Shown here in pieces: positions 28,958 to 37,981 of a DNA stretch of 45,932 bases. Every line of letters starts with the position of its first letter. The stretch's first letter is position 1. A model generated the notes under the pieces. It worked only from the letters and a program-made list of their open reading frames with translations. It did no database searches and had not been told where the DNA came from. A program made the translations under genes and the position numbers. Source of the stretch: an uncultured Christensenellaceae bacterium. GTDB lineage: Bacteria > Bacillota > Clostridia > Christensenellales > CAG-1252. The stretch is from the NCBI GenBank assembly GCA_964619685.1, contig CAZUET010000003.1, positions 1-45,932 on the forward strand. Reading direction: 5' to 3'.

Positions 28958-29512
28958 ATGAAGAAAAAGACGGTCATCTTGATAATAGTTATAGCGATTC
29001 TGCTTGTAGCGTCGATCGTTAGCGTAAGCTTAGCGGTGTGGTTGCCTCGCCCAAATGATTATGAGGATATTCCTTTACCGTCTGAAAAGGTTAATCCGTC
29101 CTTGAAACACATTGTATTTCAGGGACTCGATGCAGAGGGTAATTTTACCGACAACGGAATAGTGTCTTATGCCTCGGTAGGATACAGCGGTCTGGTCGAA
29201 GAATTGGAGATACCTTCAACCTATAACGGCTTGCCTGTCGTTCAAGTTCTAATAGGAAATGATGCCGATAGTAGGTTTTCGGGCAATCCCGTAATATCGT
29301 CAATTATTATCCCCGAATCGGTGACATATATTGCGTCGGGCGTTTTTGCCAATATTCCAAATCTAAAGAGTGTTATTATTAAGGGTGATTCGTCTACAAT
29401 TAGAATTGGTGACGGTGCCTTTGCCGGGTGCGTAGCATTGAACGATTTTGTGTGTAATAAAGCTATTGATGGCGACAGAAGCAGTTATTTATTCGGAACG
29501 AAACTTGGATAG
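28958..29512 (+). CDS. Small secreted/membrane BspA-type leucine-rich repeat (LRR_5) protein
   Basis: TAA-ATG abutment with the upstream gene. MKKK followed by a long hydrophobic segment. ELEIPSTYNGLPV..IIIPESVTYIASGVFANIPNLKSVII..IGDGAFAGCVAL are TpLRR/BspA repeats. Confidence 0.88.
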   Translation: MKKKTVILIIVIAILLVASIVSVSLAVWLPRPNDYEDIPLPSEKVNPSLKHIVFQGLDAEGNFTDNGIVSYASVGYSGLVEELEIPSTYNGLPVVQVLIGNDADSRFSGNPVISSIIIPESVTYIASGVFANIPNLKSVIIKGDSSTIRIGDGAFAGCVALNDFVCNKAIDGDRSSYLFGTKLG

Positions 29513-29609
29513 CTTGTTTCATTATAGTAACACCGTGTTGAATAATCTGTTAACTGACGGCAGTTTAAATCGATGTCGTTAAAAAACCTAATAAATCGAA
29601 TTTCTTTAT

Positions 29610-29636
29610 AAAAACTGCATATTTATGCAGTTTTTT
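29610..29636 (+). terminator. Probable intrinsic terminator of the giant-protein operon (core also matches an ARG-box-like palindrome)
   Basis: AAAAACTGCAT-ATTT-ATGCAGTTTTTT, 97 bp after the LRR gene stop. Confidence 0.6.
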
Positions 29637-29663
29637 ATTCGATTATTCAATTTTTTTTATAAT

Positions 29664-29680
29664 TTTCACAATATTTTCAC
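29664..29680 (+). promoter_or_regulatory. TTTCAC direct repeat with 11-bp period, candidate response-regulator site
   Basis: TTTCAC at 29664-29669 and 29675-29680 (within ATTTTCAC x2), upstream of the -35 box at 29721. Confidence 0.35.
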
Positions 29681-29720
29681 TTAAAAATTCGATTTTTTCA
29701 GCTATGGAGTGCTATTGCGT

Positions 29721-29750
29721 TTGACACCTCTTTTTTTAAAATGTTATAAT
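29721..29750 (+). promoter_or_regulatory. Consensus sigmaA promoter of the MoxR operon
   Basis: TTGACA (29721-29726), 18-bp spacer, TATAAT (29745-29750) with extended -10 TG at 29742-29743. Confidence 0.8.
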
Positions 29751-29874
29751 TTTAAAGTATAACGGTTCTTTTGTTATTGTTTTCTTCACCTTTTGTGAAT
29801 AAAAATGAATAAAAATCTACCGTTTTTGTATAATAACTACATTCCTTACCGATAACGGAAAAGGCAGGAGTAAT

Positions 29875-31401
29875 ATGGACAATTTTAAAAGGCTAAAGAG
29901 AAAATATATTATCGAGGCAATAGTCAAGAGTGCAGTAATCGGTCTTGGCGTTGCTCTTTTGGCTGTAGGTGCGTCTTTACTGTCAGTAAAGCTGAGTGCC
30001 AATAAAATCGCTTGGTTTTTCTATCTTCTTATAGGAGTAGTGTCCTTTGGCGTGGCTTTTGCCGTAACCTATCTTATTATTAGACCTTTTGATAAGAGAG
30101 TAGCTAAAAGACTTGATAATGATTATGACCTTCATGAAAAGGTTCAAACTATGATAGAGTTTGACGGTGAAGACAGTGAAATGCTTGTTCTTCAACGCAA
30201 AGATACCGAAAAGCACCTTGAAGATCTACCGAAAAAGAAATTTACGAGCAATTCATTAAAGCGTATATGGCAATATATAGTAGTTGCTGTGCTGGGCGTT
30301 TCGATTTTTATTGCAGGTGCCGTCGTTCCGTCTAAATATGTTCCGCCATATGACGACAATTTTAATTTATCGGAATGGGATATAATAGCATTCCAACAGC
30401 TGATAGATAATGTTAAAAGCTCTAAGCTTGAGGATAATGTCAAGATACCAATGGTTGAAAATCTTGAACTGCTGTTTGACGAGCTAAAGGAAACGACCTC
30501 TGCTTCCACAATGCGTAGAAAGGTAAGGGCATCTGCGGAGGCTATAGATACGGCGGTAATACTTGCTAACACATATAGAGAGATACTTCTTGCAATGAAT
30601 GATAATACCGCCTTGAATGATTTTAAATCGTCCATATTGAGGACAACTACATTCTATAAGAGCGATATCGAGGTCAATTCTTTTGATAAGGTGAATTCGT
30701 TGTATGCATCGCTTGAAGATGAGATAAGAGCTACTTTAATGGTGTTTACCGATACACTTGAAGCTAAAATTGCGGATATATCCATTCCTGTTGAGATAAA
30801 AGATAAGGTCGACGAATTCCTTACACCGCTTAATGATAGTATGGGTAGTGATGAGATGCAAGAAAAGTTCGGTAATTCCGAAGATCCCGATGCAATTTAT
30901 ACAGCTTTATCGAATATGTCCTCGGAATTGGGTAAGGTATATCAATATGCATTTATACCTCATACCGAATTAAAAAATATCGTTTCAAATGCTGATGCAG
31001 ATTATCTATCGGATATGACAAAGGCATTGATTCCGCAGGTTTATAATAAGATAGTCAACGAATATGTATTCAATACGTTGTCTGCCATGTTTAATGTCAA
31101 CATCTATCCCGAGGATTTGGTATTACCCGGTATTTCTGACAATCCGAACGGTGGAGATGATAGTCCTTCTCACGGAGGCTCGATAGGTGAAGAGGATGTA
31201 ATTTATGGTGGAAACGATGCTATATACGATCCCGAATCGGACGAGCATGTGCCTTATGGTAAGGTATGGAATAGCTACATGGCGAAGTTGTACAATCGTC
31301 TTAACGATCCCGATAACGAGATGAGCGACGAAATGAAAAATTATATAATGCAGTACATTAAAGCACTGAGCGGTGATAGTACCGATACAGGCGAAGAATA
31401 A
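29875..31401 (+). CDS. MoxR-cluster-associated membrane protein (3 TM segments plus long helical acidic C-terminal region)
   Basis: AGGAG RBS. Two N-terminal hydrophobic segments, then the loop RVAKRLDNDYDLHEKVQTMIEF, resembling the 'A..LD....L.ER..T..E' motif of membrane proteins found next to MoxR. Third TM IWQYIVVAVLGVSIFIAGAVVP; Gly/Asp/Pro linker near the C-terminus. Confidence 0.8.
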   Translation: MDNFKRLKRKYIIEAIVKSAVIGLGVALLAVGASLLSVKLSANKIAWFFYLLIGVVSFGVAFAVTYLIIRPFDKRVAKRLDNDYDLHEKVQTMIEFDGEDSEMLVLQRKDTEKHLEDLPKKKFTSNSLKRIWQYIVVAVLGVSIFIAGAVVPSKYVPPYDDNFNLSEWDIIAFQQLIDNVKSSKLEDNVKIPMVENLELLFDELKETTSASTMRRKVRASAEAIDTAVILANTYREILLAMNDNTALNDFKSSILRTTTFYKSDIEVNSFDKVNSLYASLEDEIRATLMVFTDTLEAKIADISIPVEIKDKVDEFLTPLNDSMGSDEMQEKFGNSEDPDAIYTALSNMSSELGKVYQYAFIPHTELKNIVSNADADYLSDMTKALIPQVYNKIVNEYVFNTLSAMFNVNIYPEDLVLPGISDNPNGGDDSPSHGGSIGEEDVIYGGNDAIYDPESDEHVPYGKVWNSYMAKLYNRLNDPDNEMSDEMKNYIMQYIKALSGDSTDTGEE

Positions 31402-31432
31402 ATAAAAAAAATACGGAGAGGAGATCCGAAAA

Positions 31433-32422
31433 ATGGAAAATGAAGAAAGAGTACAAAAATTTAGTAAATTTATCACGCTGATCAAGAACGAGCTTCATAA
31501 GGACGTTGTAGGTCAAGACGAGATTATCGACAATGTTATCATTGCGATCATTGCCGGCGGTAATGTATTGTTAGAGGGTGTACCTGGTGTAGGTAAGACC
31601 CGTTTGGTAAGATCGCTCGGTAAGACCTTAGGCTTGCCATTCTCGAGAATACAGTTCACCCCCGACCTTATGCCGTCGGATGTTACCGGTACCAATGTTA
31701 TCCAAAAGGATGAATTCGGTAAATTGACACAGGTATTCCAACGTGGTCCTATATTTGCAAACCTTGTTCTTGCAGACGAGATTAACCGTGCTACCCCTAA
31801 GACACAGGCAGCTATGCTTGAGGTTATGCAAGAGCATAAAATCACTGTTGCAAAACAAACATATACACTCGAAGAGCCGTTCTTTGTATTGGCAACCGAA
31901 AACCCCATCGAGCAAGACGGTACTTATCCGTTGCCCGAAGCTCAAATGGACCGTTTCATGCTTAAGCTTATCATGAAGTTCCCGTCAATTCAAGAATTGG
32001 TCGACATCGTCAATATGACTCAGATTACCATGGATGAAAATGCAAATGCGATTATAGACGGTGCTACAGTTTTGGAAATGCGTGAATTGGCAAAAAATAT
32101 GCCTATTATCGACGATGTTCTTCACTATGCAGCTAACTTGGTATCTAATACTCACCCCGAGCTTGAAAAAACCTCTGAAACTGCTAAGAAATACTTGAAG
32201 TACGGTGCATCCCCAAGAGCTGCTCAGGCACTTGTAACATGTGCCAAGGTTCGTGCTTTGATGAATGGTAACTATAATGTCAGTTATGAGGATATCGATG
32301 CGTTGGCTCACTCGGTATTAAGACACAGAGTTAAGATTAACTATACAGCGATCAATGAAAAGCTATCTGTGGACGATGTTATCGACCGTTTGGTAGAGGA
32401 AAATAAAAAATTAAGTAAATAA
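31433..32422 (+). CDS. moxR: MoxR-family AAA+ ATPase
   Basis: Walker A GVPGVGKT, RIQFTPDLMPSDVTG, Walker B VLADEINRATPKTQ, ATENPIEQDGTYPLPEAQMDRF, GASPRA lid motif and VLRHR. Confidence 0.97.
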   Translation: MENEERVQKFSKFITLIKNELHKDVVGQDEIIDNVIIAIIAGGNVLLEGVPGVGKTRLVRSLGKTLGLPFSRIQFTPDLMPSDVTGTNVIQKDEFGKLTQVFQRGPIFANLVLADEINRATPKTQAAMLEVMQEHKITVAKQTYTLEEPFFVLATENPIEQDGTYPLPEAQMDRFMLKLIMKFPSIQELVDIVNMTQITMDENANAIIDGATVLEMRELAKNMPIIDDVLHYAANLVSNTHPELEKTSETAKKYLKYGASPRAAQALVTCAKVRALMNGNYNVSYEDIDALAHSVLRHRVKINYTAINEKLSVDDVIDRLVEENKKLSK

Positions 32423-32495
32423 AAAATAGAATGCATCGTTTGATGCGTTAAGACTTGTCAAGGACAGGTCACAAACATATTAGGATAACTTTTAT

Positions 32496-33380
32496 ATGAG
32501 TAAATTAGCGATCACAGACGAGTTTCTTCAAGAGGTTGAATTGTTGCAGATACTCGTAAAGAACAATGTCTCGGGTATGTTTGGCGGTAATCATAAAAGT
32601 AGATCGTTCGGTTCGTCGTGCGAGTTTGCAGATTTTAGGGAATATATTCCCGGCGACGATGTTACTAAAATAGATTGGAATGCTTTTGCGAGGTTTGATA
32701 CCTTATACACCAAGTTGTATTTGGACGAACGCCGTTTGACTACTCGTATATATATTGATGCCAGTCGATCGATGGATTTCGGCAAGGGCTTAAAGGCAGA
32801 GCAGGCACTCAAGGTAGCTGCTATTCTGGCTTATCTTTCTATTTGCGCTATGGATAAGGTCTCTATCTATGCTATTCACGGAACGGCAGTCGAGGAGATT
32901 GTTACCAATATGGCAGGTAAGGAAAGCTATCTCAATACGATAGGTAAGCTTAACGATATAGAATTTGACGGTGACAGCAATATATCTGACGCAATACTAC
33001 CGATTAATGTAGGCTATGGCGACGGACTTTCGGTAATAATCTCGGACTTTTTGACCGATAATGATTATGAGCAAGCAATAGACTATTTGACTGCAAAGAA
33101 AAGACATGTTTTCTGCTTACAGATACTGTCCGATGAGGAACTTAATCCAAAATTTCGTGGTAAGATGCACCTATTCGATTCCGAGAATGCCAATAAGACC
33201 TACCGTAAAAATATCACAAGAGAGATAATCATGGCATACAGAAAGGCATTGGCGTATGTTCAAGAAAGGATCTCGGGTTATTGTGTGGCAAGAAATGCCG
33301 ATTATTTATTGGTAGCGGATACCGATACCGCAGGACAAATATTTTTTGAAAGACTAACAAATATGGGGGTAGTGAAATGA
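32496..33380 (+). CDS. DUF58 domain protein (VWA-like MoxR partner)
   Basis: G.H.S...GSSCEFADFREYIPGDDVTKIDWNAFAR signature, IYIDASRSM, VIISDFL. Lies directly after moxR. Confidence 0.93.
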   Translation: MSKLAITDEFLQEVELLQILVKNNVSGMFGGNHKSRSFGSSCEFADFREYIPGDDVTKIDWNAFARFDTLYTKLYLDERRLTTRIYIDASRSMDFGKGLKAEQALKVAAILAYLSICAMDKVSIYAIHGTAVEEIVTNMAGKESYLNTIGKLNDIEFDGDSNISDAILPINVGYGDGLSVIISDFLTDNDYEQAIDYLTAKKRHVFCLQILSDEELNPKFRGKMHLFDSENANKTYRKNITREIIMAYRKALAYVQERISGYCVARNADYLLVADTDTAGQIFFERLTNMGVVK

Positions 33381-35290
33381 GCTTTTTATTCCCGTTAGGT
33401 TTGTTAGGATTGATAGGTGTGCCTATATTAATAATCATTTATATTATTAAGAACAAATACACCGAGCAAACAGTTACATCCACATATATCTGGACGCTCA
33501 GCGAAAAATTTTTAAAGCGTAAGAATCCCATTAACAGATTATATAATTTGATCAGTCTTATTCTTCAAATCATAGCCGTTATATGTATATCTGTTTCTAT
33601 AGCTCATCCCGTATTCTCCTTACCGGGAAGGGCTAACGATTACTGCTTTATTCTTGACGGATCGGGCAGTATGGCGATAGAGAACGAGGGTGTGACAAGA
33701 TTTGACCGAAGTAAAAACAAGATTGAGGAAATTATCCGTGAATCGAGTAACGGTAGTACCTATACACTTATTTGTTCGGGAGAGACGTCTGTTGTAGTAT
33801 ATCAAGGTATACAAGACAGCGATAGAGCAATCGAGCTGTTGAGAGATGCAGAGATATCTGAAGGAAACTCCGACATTACCGTATCTCTTGCAGATGCTCA
33901 AAAACTGTTCGATACAAATGCGTCGATAAAAACATACTTCTTTACAGATAGGGATTATGAGACATCTTCTAATATAGAGATAGTCAATATGGCATTATCC
34001 GAATCGAACTATGCAATATTGAGTGCGTCGTGCGAATATAACGGAAGCGATCTTATCGTTTCGGGTAAACTGATAGGCTTCGGCTCAGACGGAACTCTTT
34101 CAGTGTCGGTATATTCCGATTCAAACGAATTGATAGGCACTATTAATGTATCGGTTACGGGTGTTGCAGATGCTATAGATGTTTCGTTAAAGCATGATGA
34201 TCTAATCAAGAGCGTCGATGATCTTGCAACCGATTATAGTATTGTTTGTGCAGGCATTACCGATTATCAATCTGTTAGAGTTGTTATTGAAAACGAGGAT
34301 GCTTTGGTTAAGGATAACGAATATGTGGTGTATAATGTTAAGCATGATACTTCATTTACCACCCTTATCGTAAGTGATGCCCCATTCTTTTTGGAGTCGG
34401 CACTTCACTCCTTGGGTCACCGTCAAATTACAGTTATGACGCCCACGGAATACGAAAAGCAAGGAACATTGAATTACGGACTGTTCATTTTTGACTGCTA
34501 TTCTCCGACGAGAATGCCCGAGAATGGTGCAGTTTGGTTTATAGCACCTAATTATGTTCCTGATTCGGGATTCACATATCAGAGTGATTCGGGCGATTAT
34601 GCTAAGTACCAACTTGGATATAGCTCATCTTCTGCATCCATCGTCAAGAAGCTACTGAACGGATTGGATCAAAATGAGGAAATGTGGATCTCAAAATATA
34701 ATAAGTACAGCACCAATCGTGATTTTATCACTGTTTTATCGTGTGAGGGTACTCCTGTGCTTTTTGTGGGTTCAAATATGTATGGTAATAGAGAAGTAGT
34801 TTTTGGCTTTGATATACATCATTCCGACTCGTCACTTACCTATAATTATCTACCTATATTTAATAACTTGCTTTCATATACATTCCCGTCGATATTGGAT
34901 GACGCAACATATTTTGCCGGCGATACAGCGAAGATTAATGTAATTCCCGGCTGTACGAGTATATGCGTAACCACTCCGTCGGGTGCGGATGAATATTTAA
35001 ATACCGAAACAGCGGAGAGTGAATATACACTATCCGAAGTCGGATTGTACCGAGTTGTCGCCAAAATGGGTGAGGCAGGTGCAGAAAGAACACTCTATAT
35101 GTATTCACAAAATCCATATACGGAAAGTGTAATACATGCTACCGACGCAGATCTTTCCATTATCGGAACGGCTGAAAATAACAACCGTGACGGTATATAC
35201 GAGGATCTTATCGTCATAATTATAATACTTGCCGTTGTATTTATAGCGGATTGGATGGTGTATTGTTATGAGCAGTATCAGCTTCGATAA
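33377..35290 (+). CDS. BatA-like N-terminal double-transmembrane plus VWA domain membrane protein
   Basis: ATGA overlap with DUF58. MSFLFPLGLLGLIGVPILIIIYII..S..IW..LILQIIAV..AHP is the BatA-type N-terminus. VWA motif FILDGSGSM..TRF. C-terminal TM LIVIIIILAVVFIADW. Confidence 0.9.
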   Translation: MSFLFPLGLLGLIGVPILIIIYIIKNKYTEQTVTSTYIWTLSEKFLKRKNPINRLYNLISLILQIIAVICISVSIAHPVFSLPGRANDYCFILDGSGSMAIENEGVTRFDRSKNKIEEIIRESSNGSTYTLICSGETSVVVYQGIQDSDRAIELLRDAEISEGNSDITVSLADAQKLFDTNASIKTYFFTDRDYETSSNIEIVNMALSESNYAILSASCEYNGSDLIVSGKLIGFGSDGTLSVSVYSDSNELIGTINVSVTGVADAIDVSLKHDDLIKSVDDLATDYSIVCAGITDYQSVRVVIENEDALVKDNEYVVYNVKHDTSFTTLIVSDAPFFLESALHSLGHRQITVMTPTEYEKQGTLNYGLFIFDCYSPTRMPENGAVWFIAPNYVPDSGFTYQSDSGDYAKYQLGYSSSSASIVKKLLNGLDQNEEMWISKYNKYSTNRDFITVLSCEGTPVLFVGSNMYGNREVVFGFDIHHSDSSLTYNYLPIFNNLLSYTFPSILDDATYFAGDTAKINVIPGCTSICVTTPSGADEYLNTETAESEYTLSEVGLYRVVAKMGEAGAERTLYMYSQNPYTESVIHATDADLSIIGTAENNNRDGIYEDLIVIIIILAVVFIADWMVYCYEQYQLR

Positions 35291-37967
35291 TATTTATTTA
35301 CTAATAATTGCGATACCGCTTGCGATATTATTATGTGTACCGTTCTTTATCGCAATAAAGAAAGAAAATGCAAATAAGCACAATATAGTATCGGGCATCA
35401 TACACCTTTTGCTTGCTATTATTATAGCATTTGCTGCAGCCGGCACGACAATCGAAACGGCTGTTACCGAAACGGATGTGTATGTTCTTGCCGACCTTTC
35501 TTATTCGTCAAATAAAAATCTTGATGTGATAGATGACTACATTGAAGAATTGAAGGCTAATTTGCCTAAGAATTCAAAATTGGGCGTAGTATGCTTTGCA
35601 GGCGAACAGCAACTTTTTGTTCCGTTAGGTAAAAATTTAAAGAGTGTAAAAGGTGCCGATAGCGATCTTTTGAACGAAAGTGAAACGGATATAGAGAGTG
35701 CATTGGATTATGCAAGCACGCTATTTCGTGATAATGTTATTAAGCGTGTAGTCGTTATTACCGACGGTAAGCAGACCCATGTCAATGACTCTAACGCACT
35801 TAAGAGAGCGGTCGATTCGCTAAGAGCCGAAGAAATATATGTAGATGCGGTATTTCTCGATAATAACATTTCCGACAATTCAAAAGAGGTTCAGCTCGTT
35901 TCTGCAGATGTTACGAATAATACCTATTCGGGTAAAAACGAGATTGCAACCATTACCGTTAGAAGCACATATATGACTAATGCGAGAATAACGCTTGCGA
36001 GAAACGGCATTACCCTATCATCACAGGCTGTTATCCTTGCTAAGGGTTATAATTCCGTAGATTTTTATTTGAGCACTGCCGAGCAAGGCTCGTTTGATTA
36101 TGAGGTTACGGTGGATGCAGACGGTGACGAGAATCAAAAGAATAATGCACTAAGCTTTTCGCAATCGGTATCAGATAAGATAAATGTTCTTCTTATAACA
36201 GAAGACGAGATCGATTCGGTAGAAATACCAAGGCTTTATAAGGATAAGGGTACCGTAGCCGTATATGATCCATCGGTAAAGTTGCCTTGTAGCATTGCAG
36301 AGCTCTGTAAGTACGATGAAATAATTTTGTCAAATGCGGACATAACTAAATCAAGCGACTACCGCATGTTTATGGAAAATCTCGATACAGCGGTATCTTT
36401 ATTCGGTAAGAGCTTCTTGGCGTATGGTAACAACCATATTCACGAAAAAGAAGAGTTGAAGCCCTTAGCCGATATGCTCCCCGTTCGCTACGGCAATGTA
36501 GATAGAGATGCTAAACTTTATACGCTTGTTATAGATGCATCGAGATCGATGGAAACGCTTTCTAAGTTTGCTATAGCTAAGAGTGCTGCAAAACAATTGG
36601 TAGACACCTTAAACGAGGGTGATAATGTATGTGTAGTAGCCTTTAACGGCAACTATCATACCGTTTATTCGCCTAATGTGATATCCGATACCCCTATTGC
36701 AGGTGCATCGTTGTCTACCAGAGAGCAGGTGCACAATGCGATAGATTCTATTGGCGCAGAGCATGGTACAGTTATAAGCTTTGGTCTCGAGGAAGCCTTG
36801 AAGCTTATCAAGGACCTTCCATTCGGTCAAAAACAAATAATGCTTATAAGCGACGGCTTGACTATCGAAAACGAAGGAAGCTCCGGTGGTGAGGATCAAA
36901 GGATTAATGCAGTATTGACGGAAATGGCAAAGAATCGTATAGCCGTATCCGTAATAGACGTAGGCAGAGGTGCAGACACATCTAAGGTCTCACAGGATGC
37001 CGAAATACGCTTAAAGAATATTGCATCGCTCACATCGGGTAAATACTTCTTCGCTTCAACTCATGATATGCTTAGAGATGTAATGTTCGGAGAGGGCTTA
37101 TTAGACGATATGAACGATATTATCATCGATGAAGAGGCATATGTTTATACGGTCAAGTCTACCGATGCATCCTTGCTTGGTGTGGAATTCGAAAGCTCCG
37201 ATTATATTAGCGGATTTATCTACAATAAGGCTAAGTCGGGTTCGATAACATCATTAGGTGTCAAGTATGACGGAGCTAAGGATAAATATGTACCATTATA
37301 TTCCTATTGGGGATATGGTAACGGTAGAGTATCTGTTTTTGCAAGCTCATATGACGATACTAAGGTTTGGAATTATACAAATATCGAAATGTTCTTTACC
37401 AATGTATTGACGACCAATATTCCCGGCGAAAAGGTTGACTATCCGTTTGTTGTGGAAATGCTCGAGGAAAACGGATATTTGAATGTAAGCGTAACACCTG
37501 CAAAGATAGATACGTCGGTTACAGTTAGGATAACCGTAACCTCACCGTCTATAGATGATGAGCGTTTGATAACTGAAGATGTAATGACCTTTGCATCGAG
37601 TGTATATACTTATAAAATCCCAACCTACGATGTTGGTAAGTATGATATAAAAATAGATTATGTAGGCGGTAATAATGACGCTTATACTGCTGAATTCGGT
37701 TATAACGTGTCCTATCTACCGGAGTATGACTCATTTGCTGTATATGACATATCTGTCGTATATAAGATGATAGGCTCCGAAGGTAAGGTAATGAAGGGTG
37801 ACGACAGTATCAAGATCGAAAACGAAGAAGGAACGGTCGGAACCTATGTAGTCAATTTGACAATGCCTTTGCTAATTGTGGCTGTTGTATTATATATAAT
37901 CGATATTATAATTCGTAAGCTCAAATGGGAAGACATTCTAAGCTTATTCGGCAAGAGAAAGAAATAG
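35268..37967 (+). CDS. Membrane protein with two VWA (MIDAS) domains, an Ig-like domain and a glutamine-amidotransferase-like fold segment
   Basis: 23-bp overlap with the upstream gene. Two N-terminal TMs. VWA1: VLADLSYS..TDIESAL..VITDG. Ig-like segment ending DENQKNN. GATase1-like segments YDEIILSN..LADMLPV and PLYSYWGYGNGRVSVF. VWA2: VIDASRSM..LISDG. C-terminal TM and basic tail. Confidence 0.9.
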   Translation: MSSISFDNIYLLIIAIPLAILLCVPFFIAIKKENANKHNIVSGIIHLLLAIIIAFAAAGTTIETAVTETDVYVLADLSYSSNKNLDVIDDYIEELKANLPKNSKLGVVCFAGEQQLFVPLGKNLKSVKGADSDLLNESETDIESALDYASTLFRDNVIKRVVVITDGKQTHVNDSNALKRAVDSLRAEEIYVDAVFLDNNISDNSKEVQLVSADVTNNTYSGKNEIATITVRSTYMTNARITLARNGITLSSQAVILAKGYNSVDFYLSTAEQGSFDYEVTVDADGDENQKNNALSFSQSVSDKINVLLITEDEIDSVEIPRLYKDKGTVAVYDPSVKLPCSIAELCKYDEIILSNADITKSSDYRMFMENLDTAVSLFGKSFLAYGNNHIHEKEELKPLADMLPVRYGNVDRDAKLYTLVIDASRSMETLSKFAIAKSAAKQLVDTLNEGDNVCVVAFNGNYHTVYSPNVISDTPIAGASLSTREQVHNAIDSIGAEHGTVISFGLEEALKLIKDLPFGQKQIMLISDGLTIENEGSSGGEDQRINAVLTEMAKNRIAVSVIDVGRGADTSKVSQDAEIRLKNIASLTSGKYFFASTHDMLRDVMFGEGLLDDMNDIIIDEEAYVYTVKSTDASLLGVEFESSDYISGFIYNKAKSGSITSLGVKYDGAKDKYVPLYSYWGYGNGRVSVFASSYDDTKVWNYTNIEMFFTNVLTTNIPGEKVDYPFVVEMLEENGYLNVSVTPAKIDTSVTVRITVTSPSIDDERLITEDVMTFASSVYTYKIPTYDVGKYDIKIDYVGGNNDAYTAEFGYNVSYLPEYDSFAVYDISVVYKMIGSEGKVMKGDDSIKIENEEGTVGTYVVNLTMPLLIVAVVLYIIDIIIRKLKWEDILSLFGKRKK

Positions 37968-37981
37968 GAGGCGAAGCGAAG

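Noticed and set aside
33377-33380. Mollicute genetic code 4 (TGA = Trp)
   Set aside because: DUF58 ends at TGA in a typical ATGA overlap, and the Trp-rich 22.6-kb ORF has no in-frame TGA.
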